Of a stretch of DNA of 64,000 nucleotides, positions 1 to 9,571 are shown piece by piece (the first letter of the stretch is position 1; every line of letters starts with the position of its first letter). The notes beneath the pieces were generated by a model. It was not told the DNA's origin and searched no databases. It saw only the letters and a program-made list of their open reading frames with translations. The DNA comes from a virus: positions 32,001 through 96,000 of IMG/VR virus record IMGVR_UViG_3300042894_003945; one strand, 5' to 3'. Position numbers and translations under genes: made by a program.

Positions 1-1673
1 CCTTCTTTTTTTCTTGCTTCTTCCATTAGAGCAGCCATTCCTGCTGTATCATTTCTAGATCTAAGCAAGGCATACTGCTCTTCTAAAGCTTGTTTATTTT
101 GAAATCCTAATTTATTTAAAACCTCTTGCTCTCTAGCAGCTTTTGTTAACTCTTCTGCTGACATACCTATTGAAGCTGCTAATCTGTCTCTTTGAATAAC
201 ATTAAGATTTGTTAAACCATTCAGACCCCCCATTTGGTCCATTAACTCTTTAGCAGCTTCTACAGATTTACCATCCAAAGCTAACGCTCTAGCTTTTTCA
301 AAGTTGAACCTTTTACCTATTAACAACTCAGCTTCTAATTCTCCTGCTATAGATGTTTCAAAATCTAAAAGACTTTTAGAAATTTTTTGTGTTTGTTCTA
401 AAGATAATCCTAATTTATTTGCTTCTATTACTGCTTTAGCAATTAAATCCGGATTGTTTTTATACATTACAGATATTTCGGAATTGATTTTAGAAATATC
501 TGATATTATTTTTCTATATGATATTGCTGTCGTGTTTTGCTTTATTGCATTTTGTAAAATATCATCAGCTGATTTTCCAGATAACAAAGATATTTTTTGT
601 ATTCCTGCTGATTCTTCTTTAGAAAGTCCCATTTGTTTTGTTAACAAAATTTGACTTTGTACCATTTTAGAAGTAAATAAAGAGTTTGTCTCTAAAACTT
701 CCTGTAGCTCTGCTGTAGCAGCGACTTGGTTTTTTACTGATAAAAAAGCAGAATCTAGTCCCTTTACTATGTTTCTGTTTTCATTAGATATCTGTCTGAA
801 GTTATCTAATATTCCTATAGCTGAGTTTCTAGTAATACCTAAATTATTACTAATTTGTACTAGTTGCTTATCAAAATCAAAAGCTAATTTTACTAATGCT
901 TTTATAGCAGCTGCTACTGCGGCTATAGCAACTAAGATTAGAAACAAAGGGCTTTTTACCACTCGCATTATTTCACTTCCTAAAGCACTAAAACCCTCTC
1001 TACTGCTTACTTTAAACGCATCAGATATTTTCTTAAAGTCCATAAAGTCTTTTAAGAAAGGTATTCCAGTCATAGAACCAAATATCTTAGCCAATGCACT
1101 AGCTTTTAATTGAGCTTCTTTTACTTTAGCGTTCCCTTTATCTAATAAATCATTTAATTTTTTTAATTCTTCAGCATTTAATTCTCTTGCATTTTTCTCT
1201 TTCATTAAAACATAAAGAGCTTGTTCATCGGCAGTTACTTTTTTTCTTACTTTCTTATCTGTTGATTCAACTCTTTTCTCAATGTCTGCATACATAGTCT
1301 TTAGATCTTGTGCAGGCTTATTACTTTTTTGCAGAGATTTATTTATATCATTTTGTATTTTGTCTATATTAGTCTGTATAACTTGTGTCTCAATTGAATT
1401 TGCATTTATTCTGGATTGTATAATTTCCTGATCTATATATTCTCTGCCTATCTTGGACGCTAAATTTCTAGTATCGTCTAATGCGTGTTTTAAATCAGTA
1501 GAGAGTTCAAAAGATGTTTTTAATAAAGTAGAACTTTTTTTAAATTCTTTTGATAAATCTTTAACAGCGTCTACAGAAGTCAATACGTTAGCCCTAATCT
1601 TAGTTATTTCAGTAGCGACATCTCTAGCTCCCTTAAGTGTATCATCAAAAGACCCTGTTCCTGAATTGGTCAT
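1..1673 (-). CDS. Tape measure protein, N-terminal part (runs off the window start)
   Basis: Not in the ORF track because it is truncated. ATG at 1673 (MTNSGTGSFDDTLKGARDVATEITKIR...); the same frame is still open at the window edge (...LMEEARKKE). Helical A/K/E/L-rich sequence with segments such as IAGELEAELLIGKRFNFEKARALAL; lies directly after tube and chaperone genes. Confidence 0.75.
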   Translation of the reverse strand, partial: MTNSGTGSFDDTLKGARDVATEITKIRANVLTSVDAVKDLSKEFKKSSTLLKTSFELSTDLKHALDDTRNLASKIGREYIDQEIIQSRINANSIETQVIQTNIDKIQNDINKSLQKSNKPAQDLKTMYADIEKRVESTDKKVRKKVTADEQALYVLMKEKNARELNAEELKKLNDLLDKGNAKVKEAQLKASALAKIFGSMTGIPFLKDFMDFKKISDAFKVSSREGFSALGSEIMRVVKSPLFLILVAIAAVAAAIKALVKLAFDFDKQLVQISNNLGITRNSAIGILDNFRQISNENRNIVKGLDSAFLSVKNQVAATAELQEVLETNSLFTSKMVQSQILLTKQMGLSKEESAGIQKISLLSGKSADDILQNAIKQNTTAISYRKIISDISKINSEISVMYKNNPDLIAKAVIEANKLGLSLEQTQKISKSLLDFETSIAGELEAELLIGKRFNFEKARALALDGKSVEAAKELMDQMGGLNGLTNLNVIQRDRLAASIGMSAEELTKAAREQEVLNKLGFQNKQALEEQYALLRSRNDTAGMAALMEEARKKE

Positions 1674-1704
1674 CTTTAAGCTTTATATATAAATATTAAA
1701 GCCG

Positions 1705-1989
1705 CTATTTTTTACTAGCGGCTCTAGGGGATACGTAATCTGCCATATGTTCTTTTCTCTTGGCTAGGTCTTCCATGTTTAAGGTAGTACCTTTATTTTG
1801 TGCTTTTTCTATTTCATCATTATGTTTTTTAATGATATCAGATAGTTTTTTTATATTCATAAGCCTATATGATGCAGGCATATGGTAGGCTTGTTGATAA
1901 GATATTGCACCTTGGCTATTCATTGATAACCAAAGCAATTCATCAAACATATAATTTCTATACTCCGAACTCAGGCCAAAAAAAGTCAA
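1705..1989 (-). CDS. Tail assembly chaperone, downstream (GT-like) segment, probably reached by frameshift
   Basis: Overlaps the 3' end of the upstream gene across a T7 run; weak TTG start; directly precedes the tape measure gene. Confidence 0.6.
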   Translation of the reverse strand: MTFFGLSSEYRNYMFDELLWLSMNSQGAISYQQAYHMPASYRLMNIKKLSDIIKKHNDEIEKAQNKGTTLNMEDLAKRKEHMADYVSPRAASKK

Positions 1990-2722
1990 CAGTCATGGGT
2001 AGACTAAGGCCCTCCACAACCTCTCCATTAACAGTTGTAAAATCAAACTTCATTACTATGTCTGGGGTATTGTCTGCTATGTTTTTTCTAAGGCTTTGAG
2101 AATCCCTTATAGGCATTGTTTTGATAAAATCTCTAACTACTTTTTTATCTCTATCCCCATCCACCGCTACTATTGAATGTGCAAGTCTTACTGTAACGTC
2201 TGAAGAAAGGTTCTTATTTACCTTTTGTAACCCTCTTATCTCTGCATCAATAGCCATTTCATCCTTATGGGTAGCTATTTTATAAGTTATTAACTTACCT
2301 GACATAGGGAGCTGGTAATTAAATTCATTAACTCCTTTTTTAACTTTATCCCAATCTATCTCTTTTTCCTTTAATGTAGATAAATCTACCGTAACCTCTT
2401 CAGGTACTGTTGATCCTGCCGGAGTATATTTAAAAGGGTACTTGCTACCATATGCTAATATCCTAGCTCCTATCATGATAGCGTTTTTATCTCCTATAAG
2501 AAGATCATTGTAGTCAATTTTACTTGCTATAATAGCCTGTAAAAACTTGTCAATAACTACTCCTTGTTGAATAAAGTTTCTATTTGTTAAGATGTCTTCA
2601 TGCATTGCAGTAGGTAGGTATAACTCAACTTGTCCTGAACTTAGGGGGCTGCTTTCTGGGTAGAGGAACCCTTTTGAGGGAAGGTCTAAAGGTTGTGTCG
2701 GAACATTCATTAAATCTGCCAT
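1958..2722 (-). CDS. Tail assembly chaperone / T4 gp26-like baseplate hub assembly protein
   Basis: N-terminal LDLPSKGFLYP...MHEDILT and DLLIGDKNAIMIGARILAYG motifs resemble gp26-like proteins; ends FFWP; lies between tube and tape measure genes. Confidence 0.65.
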   Translation of the reverse strand: MADLMNVPTQPLDLPSKGFLYPESSPLSSGQVELYLPTAMHEDILTNRNFIQQGVVIDKFLQAIIASKIDYNDLLIGDKNAIMIGARILAYGSKYPFKYTPAGSTVPEEVTVDLSTLKEKEIDWDKVKKGVNEFNYQLPMSGKLITYKIATHKDEMAIDAEIRGLQKVNKNLSSDVTVRLAHSIVAVDGDRDKKVVRDFIKTMPIRDSQSLRKNIADNTPDIVMKFDFTTVNGEVVEGLSLPMTVDFFWPEFGV

Positions 2723-2766
2723 AAACTATATTTTGTATATATAAATATACGAATTTATTTTTTTAT

Positions 2767-2801
2767 AAAAAAGAAACCCACCTAATATCGGTGGGTCTTT
2801 T
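2767..2801 (-). terminator. Intrinsic terminator (possibly bidirectional)
   Basis: Stem ACCCACC/GGTGGGT (2776-2796) flanked by A- and T-tracts, downstream of the 208-aa gene. Confidence 0.75.
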
Positions 2802-2822
2802 GTATGGGTGTTTGGGGTATTT

Positions 2823-3449
2823 TTATTTAATCCAACCTTCTTTTAAAGAGTGTTGCAACATTACTCTAGCTAGCTTCTCTTCGTCTAATTCACCACTCTT
2901 CATTTTCCTTTTAAGATCTGCCATCTTTTGTGGGGTCATCTTAGCAGATATCTTTTCTACAGCTGCTGGTTCTTTAACCAACTTAGTCAAAGCCTTTTTA
3001 AACTTGCCTACATGCTTTTCAGCCTCTTTTTCTTCTTCAGCCTGTGCTTTCTCTTCAAGCATCATTTCATGGGCTGTAAGGGCTTCTAATGCAGCCTTAG
3101 CAGATTCCATTTGCTTCATTGCTTTTTCAGCAAGTCTTTGCTTCTTTGGATCTTCTTTAGCTTCTGCCATTGTCTTTAGCTTGTCTACTATTTCTGATAC
3201 TTGACCTGCTATGTCAGATGCTTTTACTTCGTTTTCTAGTACTTCTGTATTTGCTACTTCTTCTTCTGTTGCTTCTTTTTGCCCTTGCGTTTTAATCTCT
3301 ATAGTCTCTCCTGAAGGGGTTTTTTGTAACTCTTGTTGTTGTGCAGGAGTTAAAGTTTTCCCATCCTTAGTTACAAAAACTTTTTTTTCTTCTAATTCTT
3401 CTTTAATTATTTTCTTAATAAGACTATCAAGTTTTTGAATTTGCTTCAT
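2823..3449 (-). CDS. Charged helical protein, putative internal head protein
   Basis: E/K-rich 208 aa; N-terminus KLDSLIKKIIKEE resembles the (L/I)xE-ended leaders of other genes in the window; has its own upstream motif and terminator. Confidence 0.55.
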   Translation of the reverse strand: MKQIQKLDSLIKKIIKEELEEKKVFVTKDGKTLTPAQQQELQKTPSGETIEIKTQGQKEATEEEVANTEVLENEVKASDIAGQVSEIVDKLKTMAEAKEDPKKQRLAEKAMKQMESAKAALEALTAHEMMLEEKAQAEEEKEAEKHVGKFKKALTKLVKEPAAVEKISAKMTPQKMADLKRKMKSGELDEEKLARVMLQHSLKEGWIK

Positions 3450-3502
3450 TTTATAATGCGATTTGTGTATATAAATATCAAATTTAGTGTATAAATATCA
3501 GA

Positions 3503-4093
3503 TTAGAAACCTTCCTCAGTAAAAATCTTCTCAATTCTCTTAGGAAGTTTTTTATAATTCATATTAAATCTAGGAGACATAGCTTCTATAAGCTTTTTAT
3601 TACTGTAAGGACTGTTTTTGGTAGTACACCACCTCCTAGAAATCAACATATAGTTGTAAAAATGCACATATGAATTAGCTTTCTTGGTATAATTTTCAAT
3701 ATCAATAGGCAATTCAAAATCTTTTATTAGCTGAACAGACCTTTTTTCATTGTCTAACTCCAGATCTCTACAGTTTGCTATGTGTTTTTTTATATTTACT
3801 ACGCTATTTCCTTCTAACCAGTAATCTAGTAAAGCCATACTCTTCATACAGGCTTTCCATAAAGGAATCTGTTCTTTCCATTGAGTCAGGTGACAATACT
3901 CATGGACTAATATTTCTACAGAATCCTTCCTACCCATAGAACAAACTAAGGTAGGTACAGTTTCGTCAAAATATCCTGAGGCTTTTATAGAATTGGTGAC
4001 TTTTACATACTTTGTCTTCCTTAAATCGCATTTAACGCCTTCTTTTCGGCATTCTGCCTTAACAAAAGCGATAAAGTACTTAAGTTTATCCAT
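3503..4093 (-). CDS. Putative zinc metallopeptidase (HExxH)
   Basis: ILVHEYCHLTQW motif followed by a downstream Glu (DLELDNE). Confidence 0.6.
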   Translation of the reverse strand: MDKLKYFIAFVKAECRKEGVKCDLRKTKYVKVTNSIKASGYFDETVPTLVCSMGRKDSVEILVHEYCHLTQWKEQIPLWKACMKSMALLDYWLEGNSVVNIKKHIANCRDLELDNEKRSVQLIKDFELPIDIENYTKKANSYVHFYNYMLISRRWCTTKNSPYSNKKLIEAMSPRFNMNYKKLPKRIEKIFTEEGF

Positions 4094-4105
4094 AGTATAT
4101 ACATT

Positions 4106-4140
4106 AAAAAACCCGCCATAAATAAATATGACGGGTCTTT
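4106..4140 (-). terminator. Intrinsic terminator after tail tube gene, overlapping an ATATTTAT motif
   Basis: Minus-strand RNA ACCCGUCAUA-UUUAUU-UAUGGCGGGU followed by a U-tract. Confidence 0.75.
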
Positions 4141-4160
4141 CCTTTTTAAAGATATGTTAA

Positions 4161-4652
4161 TTAGAAGTTCAAGACCATTCCTGAGTTTCCTAATGTCATT
4201 TCTATTGTGGTGTAGGCGTCCAAAGACCAGTCCCAATCACCAAAAGAAGATACATTCTTAATGTAAGCCTTCTTGATTACCCACTCATTCACTATGTTTC
4301 CTACAGGATCGATAGCGTTGAAGGTAATGTCTTTCCAGTAGAAGTCACCGTAGCCAGCACGACCTGTTACAGTTTCGTAACCAAGTCTAGCCCATTCCAT
4401 AACTGCCTGCGCACCTGAAGGAGACACTGGGTTATAGAGACTAAGGGTTACATCATTCCATCTACGCTTAGCACGAAACTTCACGTATGAGTTGATGTTG
4501 TCGATGATAACTTCTCCATCATCGTATCCTATACCTCCTACCTTTTTGATCAGGTAGGAAGGGACTCCTTGTATATACATTATGAATCTATGTTGGAGGA
4601 TTGGTTCAAACAATGTGCCCAACATTTCATCGGGAGTACTAAGTATTGCCAT
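4161..4652 (-). CDS. gp19: Tail tube protein (T4 gp19-like)
   Basis: FEPILQHRF, W..VTLSLYNPVSPSGAQAVMEW and DPVGNIVNEW motifs; 163 aa; immediately after the sheath gene. Confidence 0.85.
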   Translation of the reverse strand: MAILSTPDEMLGTLFEPILQHRFIMYIQGVPSYLIKKVGGIGYDDGEVIIDNINSYVKFRAKRRWNDVTLSLYNPVSPSGAQAVMEWARLGYETVTGRAGYGDFYWKDITFNAIDPVGNIVNEWVIKKAYIKNVSSFGDWDWSLDAYTTIEMTLGNSGMVLNF

Positions 4653-4686
4653 TTTATTCTAGTTTATTCTATTAATAAATATTATA

Positions 4687-6945
4687 TTATCCGAAATTAA
4701 CCCCAGTAGCTGTGATATTGAATTCCAACAAGATGAATTCGATAGACTTCACAGGAGATACGTAGATCTTACCTACGAGTTGGTTACGATCGATTACATC
4801 ATTAGTATTCAAAGTATCATCAATCTGAATACGGAAGGCATACAAACCTTGACGAGATTGTACACTCTCCATGTAAGGAGTTATTGCTGAGATAAGATTA
4901 TTCCTAGTGGCAATAGTATTATTCTCAAACACATAGTTAAGAGCAACTCCGCTAATGTATTCACGTAAGTTGATTAACAATCTACGAACGTTGATACGAT
5001 TCAAAGCTGTATCTCTAACTTGTAGAGTCTTCTGACCCCAGATTACTACTCCGCTAGTTTGGAATTTAGCAATTGGGTTAACTCTACCATTGTAAAGAGC
5101 ATCTCTATCCGCCTTAGTCAGACGTATACGAGTGTCTATTGCTCCACCAAGACCTCCACGGTTAAGACCAGCAGGAGCAAACCACTCGGCAGCTACTCTG
5201 TCATTATATGCGTAAGCTTGTGGAACTATTACAGTTGGAGGAACGAATATATCTTTAGTGCTATTCAAATCCTTAACTTTAACCCAAGGATAGTAAGCAG
5301 CGCTGTAGCTAGAATCAAGACCAGCAGCAGTAGCTACCGCAGTAACAACTGTAGAGTTTAGACCTGTAAGATCACGGAGATATACCGCATCAGTACGCTC
5401 TTCGCACATATTCTCTGCAAGGAGTGTTACAGGCGAGTGATACTCTTCAATTACACCAGGCAAAGCCAACAAATCAAAGTTATACTCTTCTACATTAGAT
5501 AGAATGTCTATAGCTTTTTGATAAGATGCAGCTCCGGCAGCAGTTCCGCTAGATAAATTAAATCCAAACAAGTTAGATGCTGATATATCTTTTCCTTTCT
5601 TCTTTATAGTAGTGATGTTCATACCATCAGTACCACCTTGGAAAGGAAGCATAAATTTGTTATCTGCACCAGGCTTGGTGAAAGCTACGTTAGAACCAGT
5701 GCCAGCTCCTAGAGGAAGTGGGTTCAAATAGTTCCAGTTATCGCCATTAGAGTAATCAAATCCAGAGAATGAAACACTAGCAGCAGTGCTACTAAGCATT
5801 ACTGCAGCTGGTAAGAACTTACCACTAAATCCAGCAATTGGCTCATACAAAGCCTCATGTCCATTTGGATAAAGTTGAGGGAAGATAGCGCCATCAGCAA
5901 CTCCTTCAGCAAGTTCTACACGAATATAGTTAGATCTGCTATCAAAATCACCGTATTGAATAACTTTAGCAAGAGTTACGTTGTATTCAGAATACTTGTC
6001 TCCGATTGCTTTTGCTATATAATTAGGTGCATTTGGATCTAAAGAAACTCCTACAAATTGTTCGATTATAGATGGAGCCCTGTCAATATCATTCCACTGA
6101 CGTACTATGACATCAAATGTAGAATAATCTGCAGCTGTAGCTCCTTGACTAATGTTGTCTATACCAACTTTAATATCTTTGTTGGTTTTCAAACCATCAG
6201 ACCTGTGGTGGAACTTAAACAACTTAACTCCACTATCAGAAACAACCCATGGAGTAGATGCGTGATCATATCCTCCAGGATTAGAGCTAGTGAACTCACA
6301 GTTAGTAGCTGTGAATACTAATGAGTCGTTTATGCTTCCAGTATAAGAACCGTTAACAGCAAGCGCACTTCCTGTGATGTGGTTACTAAATAATAAATAA
6401 GGGAATACGGAACCAGTTTGATAGTTCTCATCTGTACCCAATACTTTAGATATATAAGTAGCAGAGGTTGGATTTAATGAAGCGCTGAAAGAAGAACTGA
6501 AAGCTCCACTTCCACTGTAGCCTATAAAAAATCCATTGAAAGCATTATAAGTGCCTCCTACGAAAGAAGCGGTACCTATACCTACTGCTGCAGTATCGTT
6601 CTTAGTTGGGTAAATTACACTAAGGATAGTGCTACCGCTAATTATAGCTGCTAAAGGTCTAGTATTAGTGTATATGTATCCACCATTACCAAGTATTCTA
6701 GTTACTTTTGCTGTATTTCCAGCTTGTAAGTAACTATAAACAGTTTGCGGAACATAGCTGTTTGCACCATCGGCACCAAACAACGCAGTAAATTGGCTGT
6801 AGCTAGTAACGTCTACTGGAACGAAAGCAGGGCCTTTTTCAGTAGGTCCTACTACAGCAAGGCCTGTTTGTTCAGTACCTTGAGAGTAGAAGCTCTGATC
6901 GTTTTCGTAGGCATAGACGCCAGCGGAAAGAATTTGTTCTGTCAT
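4687..6945 (-). CDS. gp18: Contractile tail sheath protein (T4 gp18-like)
   Basis: N-terminal SAGVYAYENDQS...GPTEKGPAFVP; C-terminal WFAPAGLNRG, WGQKTLQ, LNRINVRRLL, FENNT and EFILLEF motifs. Confidence 0.95.
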   Translation of the reverse strand: MTEQILSAGVYAYENDQSFYSQGTEQTGLAVVGPTEKGPAFVPVDVTSYSQFTALFGADGANSYVPQTVYSYLQAGNTAKVTRILGNGGYIYTNTRPLAAIISGSTILSVIYPTKNDTAAVGIGTASFVGGTYNAFNGFFIGYSGSGAFSSSFSASLNPTSATYISKVLGTDENYQTGSVFPYLLFSNHITGSALAVNGSYTGSINDSLVFTATNCEFTSSNPGGYDHASTPWVVSDSGVKLFKFHHRSDGLKTNKDIKVGIDNISQGATAADYSTFDVIVRQWNDIDRAPSIIEQFVGVSLDPNAPNYIAKAIGDKYSEYNVTLAKVIQYGDFDSRSNYIRVELAEGVADGAIFPQLYPNGHEALYEPIAGFSGKFLPAAVMLSSTAASVSFSGFDYSNGDNWNYLNPLPLGAGTGSNVAFTKPGADNKFMLPFQGGTDGMNITTIKKKGKDISASNLFGFNLSSGTAAGAASYQKAIDILSNVEEYNFDLLALPGVIEEYHSPVTLLAENMCEERTDAVYLRDLTGLNSTVVTAVATAAGLDSSYSAAYYPWVKVKDLNSTKDIFVPPTVIVPQAYAYNDRVAAEWFAPAGLNRGGLGGAIDTRIRLTKADRDALYNGRVNPIAKFQTSGVVIWGQKTLQVRDTALNRINVRRLLINLREYISGVALNYVFENNTIATRNNLISAITPYMESVQSRQGLYAFRIQIDDTLNTNDVIDRNQLVGKIYVSPVKSIEFILLEFNITATGVNFG

Positions 6946-7031
6946 TTTCTATAAGATTTGAAAAATATTGTGTATTGATACGTTAATAAATATCAATAAT
7001 TTTCAGCAAAAAAATGACAGAACAATATTTA

Positions 7032-7304
7032 TTAAACCGCTTCTATCTTGCCAGCAGCAAGATCTATAGTGCCTTCACCGTACTTTTTAAGAAGTTCCTG
7101 TGAAAGTTCGCTTTCTTTTTCTCTTAATTTAGAATAATCAGCAAATAACAAATCCTTTTCTTTCTTCAACTCATCTTCTTTCTTACTGAGAAGGTTTAGT
7201 TTAATCTCAATATCTCCGATAGAGTTTAGAGTTTTACCAAACATCTCATTTAAACTTCTTAGACTATCAATCTCTTCTTGAGTCAAATCTCTAACTTCTG
7301 CCAT
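7032..7304 (-). CDS. Small coiled-coil hypothetical protein
   Basis: 90 aa with heptad pattern, ending KYGEGTIDLAAG. Confidence 0.7.
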   Translation of the reverse strand: MAEVRDLTQEEIDSLRSLNEMFGKTLNSIGDIEIKLNLLSKKEDELKKEKDLLFADYSKLREKESELSQELLKKYGEGTIDLAAGKIEAV

Positions 7305-7314
7305 ATTATTTATT

Positions 7315-7548
7315 TTATATTTCCCATTTTTCTAGTGGACAAGCTTGTTTGCCTGGCAAAGGAGAGAATATTTTCTTCTCCAAAGGACATCCACACTTCC
7401 CACAATAATTATATTTCAGTATCTCACTTATCTTATTTTCCTCACAATCATTACAAGTAGATATCCTCTTTTCTGCCTTTTCCTTTTCTTCTTGAGAAGG
7501 ATTAGCTGCAGATATCCAGGCTGAAGCGATCTCAAGTAGCTTGTTCAC
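7315..7548 (-). CDS. Small Cys-rich metal-binding protein (DUF6171-like)
   Basis: RISTCNDC...CGKCGCPLEKK...CPLEKW pattern. Confidence 0.65.
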   Translation of the reverse strand: MNKLLEIASAWISAANPSQEEKEKAEKRISTCNDCEENKISEILKYNYCGKCGCPLEKKIFSPLPGKQACPLEKWEI

Positions 7549-7554
7549 TCTGTA

Positions 7555-7902
7555 TTATTTTTTAGTTACTGCCTTCTTTTTTGCAACAGTTTTCTTAGCT
7601 TTTGGTTTTGCTTTTGGCTTTGGCGCCTCTGCTTGTACTTCCATAGGTGCTGCTTCAGGAAGTTTTTCAAATAAAACCTCAAGAGCTGGTGATACTTCCA
7701 ACACGGATTCTGGTTGAAACCCGCCAAAAGACTTGTCAGTTTCGTACACAAAAGAACTGTCTACAAAAGAACTGGTAGCCTCTAATGGAGGTTCTACAGG
7801 ATTTGGTGCTACCTTAGGATCTTCTTTTTTCTTTGAGGATTTAAATACAAAAAACAATACTACTGCGATTATAGCAGGAATAAGAATTAATACTGGATTC
7901 AT
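7555..7902 (-). CDS. Membrane-anchored hypothetical protein with Lys/Ala-rich tail
   Basis: N-terminal hydrophobic helix (VLILIPAIIAVVLFFVF); C-terminal KPKAKPKAKK. Confidence 0.65.
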   Translation of the reverse strand: MNPVLILIPAIIAVVLFFVFKSSKKKEDPKVAPNPVEPPLEATSSFVDSSFVYETDKSFGGFQPESVLEVSPALEVLFEKLPEAAPMEVQAEAPKPKAKPKAKKTVAKKKAVTKK

Positions 7903-7997
7903 AAATTTATTTTTTTTCTACTAATAAATATATACAAATATATATTTTTTCTGTATAATTTATATATTTTTTATAAGAATTTTCTTTAAATTTAAAA

Positions 7998-8273
7998 TTA
8001 ATATTCATTAGTATCTAACCACTCTTGAAGTGGTACGTGGTCTCCATTATACAATTCTCTTCTTAAATCGTGTTCTAAACACTGTTCATAAGTAGGCATT
8101 TCTCCATTTGTTAATGGTTCAGAATGTCTTTGCCCTCTTATAAATTGGATAATATTTTCAAAACATCTAACATCATAAACAAAATTCATATACTCAAAAA
8201 GCACATCTTTTGTAAAATCTTCAGGTTGATATTCTGTTCTAATGTAAATAAAATCAGTTGTAGTGTAACTCAT
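7998..8273 (-). CDS. Hypothetical protein
   Basis: 91-aa ORF with ATG, co-oriented and closely packed with neighbours. Confidence 0.6.
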   Translation of the reverse strand: MSYTTTDFIYIRTEYQPEDFTKDVLFEYMNFVYDVRCFENIIQFIRGQRHSEPLTNGEMPTYEQCLEHDLRRELYNGDHVPLQEWLDTNEY

Positions 8274-8285
8274 ATTGTTATATTT

Positions 8286-9569
8286 TTAAATTATAAATGG
8301 ATGCCCGATTGTACCTTGCATAGGAAGTTTTGTAGCTCCGAACGCTAAATAACCCATCCATTCGTTTTCAGGACCACCAGAATCAATTTCAACGATTACT
8401 TGAAAGTTATTATATCCAAAAATATCCATATCTTGCCTTGCTTGTTCTGTACCAGTTGCACTTGGGTATGAGGATATACTATCGTATGATATAGCTAAAT
8501 CTATTTCTGAAGTTGCTAAGTTATCCTCATCTAAGACACCCATGGCTTGTCTAGTAGTTAAACCAGCGGCACTTCCTAATCCGATTCTATCTTGAACTGT
8601 AGCAGTACCTGCTGCTGATTGGGTTTTCATAGAACCCATAAATGATATACCTTTAAGATTGAAAGGAAGTCCAGTCACTGCTGCCGTTCTACCAGAATCT
8701 TGACGTATCGTATATGACCCTGCTTGCCAACCTCCACCTTTAATAGCCATATAGATAAATCTTCTATTTGTTGTACCTCTAGCTGTCCAGTTAAGTGTAA
8801 AAGTATCTGTACCAAAAGCAGACAATACAGCTCTAGCATTTGGGTTACCACCAGCTACAACTATCATGGCTAAACATTCAGTAGCACGAGCATAAGAATC
8901 TGTATCCATAGGATCAGCACCATCATCAGAGTTGCCTACTACAACTATGTTTTGTGCTGTAGCAGTTCCTGTTGCTGCACCTACACATAAACCTGAGTCA
9001 TTAACTTGTCCTGTATTTAACGCCGCTGTTGATTGTACACCAGCAAACATTACACATTGATTATCTCCTCTAGAATTAAAACCATTTGCAGTATAGTTTT
9101 GTGTTCCTGTTGCTGCTGGTTCTGCTATATCACCTATTGTTACTTGTTGAATATCATCTAAACCCCATGCTTCATAAAATATTGTTAAGTTTGCTGGTGT
9201 TGCGTCATCTACTATTAGAGTAAATCCATTTGCATCAATACTACTAATATCTAATCTACCGTCAACTGTACCAGCCCCGTCTACAGTAATACAAACACAG
9301 TTATCAGCAGCTACACTAGCGCAGTCTGCTGCGGCTGAGTTATCAGCACTAAATGTACCAACAGATCTTCTTATAGTTGGACTACTACAAAAACCAATAC
9401 CTCTTCTTTCAGATACTGTTTGAGTAAAAGAATCTGTAGCAGATTGGTGCCCCATCCAATAAAATCTAATCGCTTTAGGACTAAATCCTAAATTAGTAAC
9501 AACTTTAGTTGCATTTAAAGCATCACTTGTTAACCATTGAATTGCACCTTGTGCGTAACCAAATGCCAT
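8286..9569 (-). CDS. Putative virion/fibre-associated beta-rich protein with three internal repeats
   Basis: 427 aa, G/A/T/S-rich; repeated elements VTNLGFSPKAIRF / YTANGF / VTGLPFNLKGISF; starts 2 nt after the fibre gene stop. Confidence 0.6.
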   Translation of the reverse strand: MAFGYAQGAIQWLTSDALNATKVVTNLGFSPKAIRFYWMGHQSATDSFTQTVSERRGIGFCSSPTIRRSVGTFSADNSAAADCASVAADNCVCITVDGAGTVDGRLDISSIDANGFTLIVDDATPANLTIFYEAWGLDDIQQVTIGDIAEPAATGTQNYTANGFNSRGDNQCVMFAGVQSTAALNTGQVNDSGLCVGAATGTATAQNIVVVGNSDDGADPMDTDSYARATECLAMIVVAGGNPNARAVLSAFGTDTFTLNWTARGTTNRRFIYMAIKGGGWQAGSYTIRQDSGRTAAVTGLPFNLKGISFMGSMKTQSAAGTATVQDRIGLGSAAGLTTRQAMGVLDEDNLATSEIDLAISYDSISSYPSATGTEQARQDMDIFGYNNFQVIVEIDSGGPENEWMGYLAFGATKLPMQGTIGHPFII

Positions 9570-9571
9570 AA

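Noticed and set aside
1-6945. Bacterial contractile injection system or tailocin
   Set aside because: Capsid, portal, protease, scaffold and terminase are present in the same region, so this is a complete phage.
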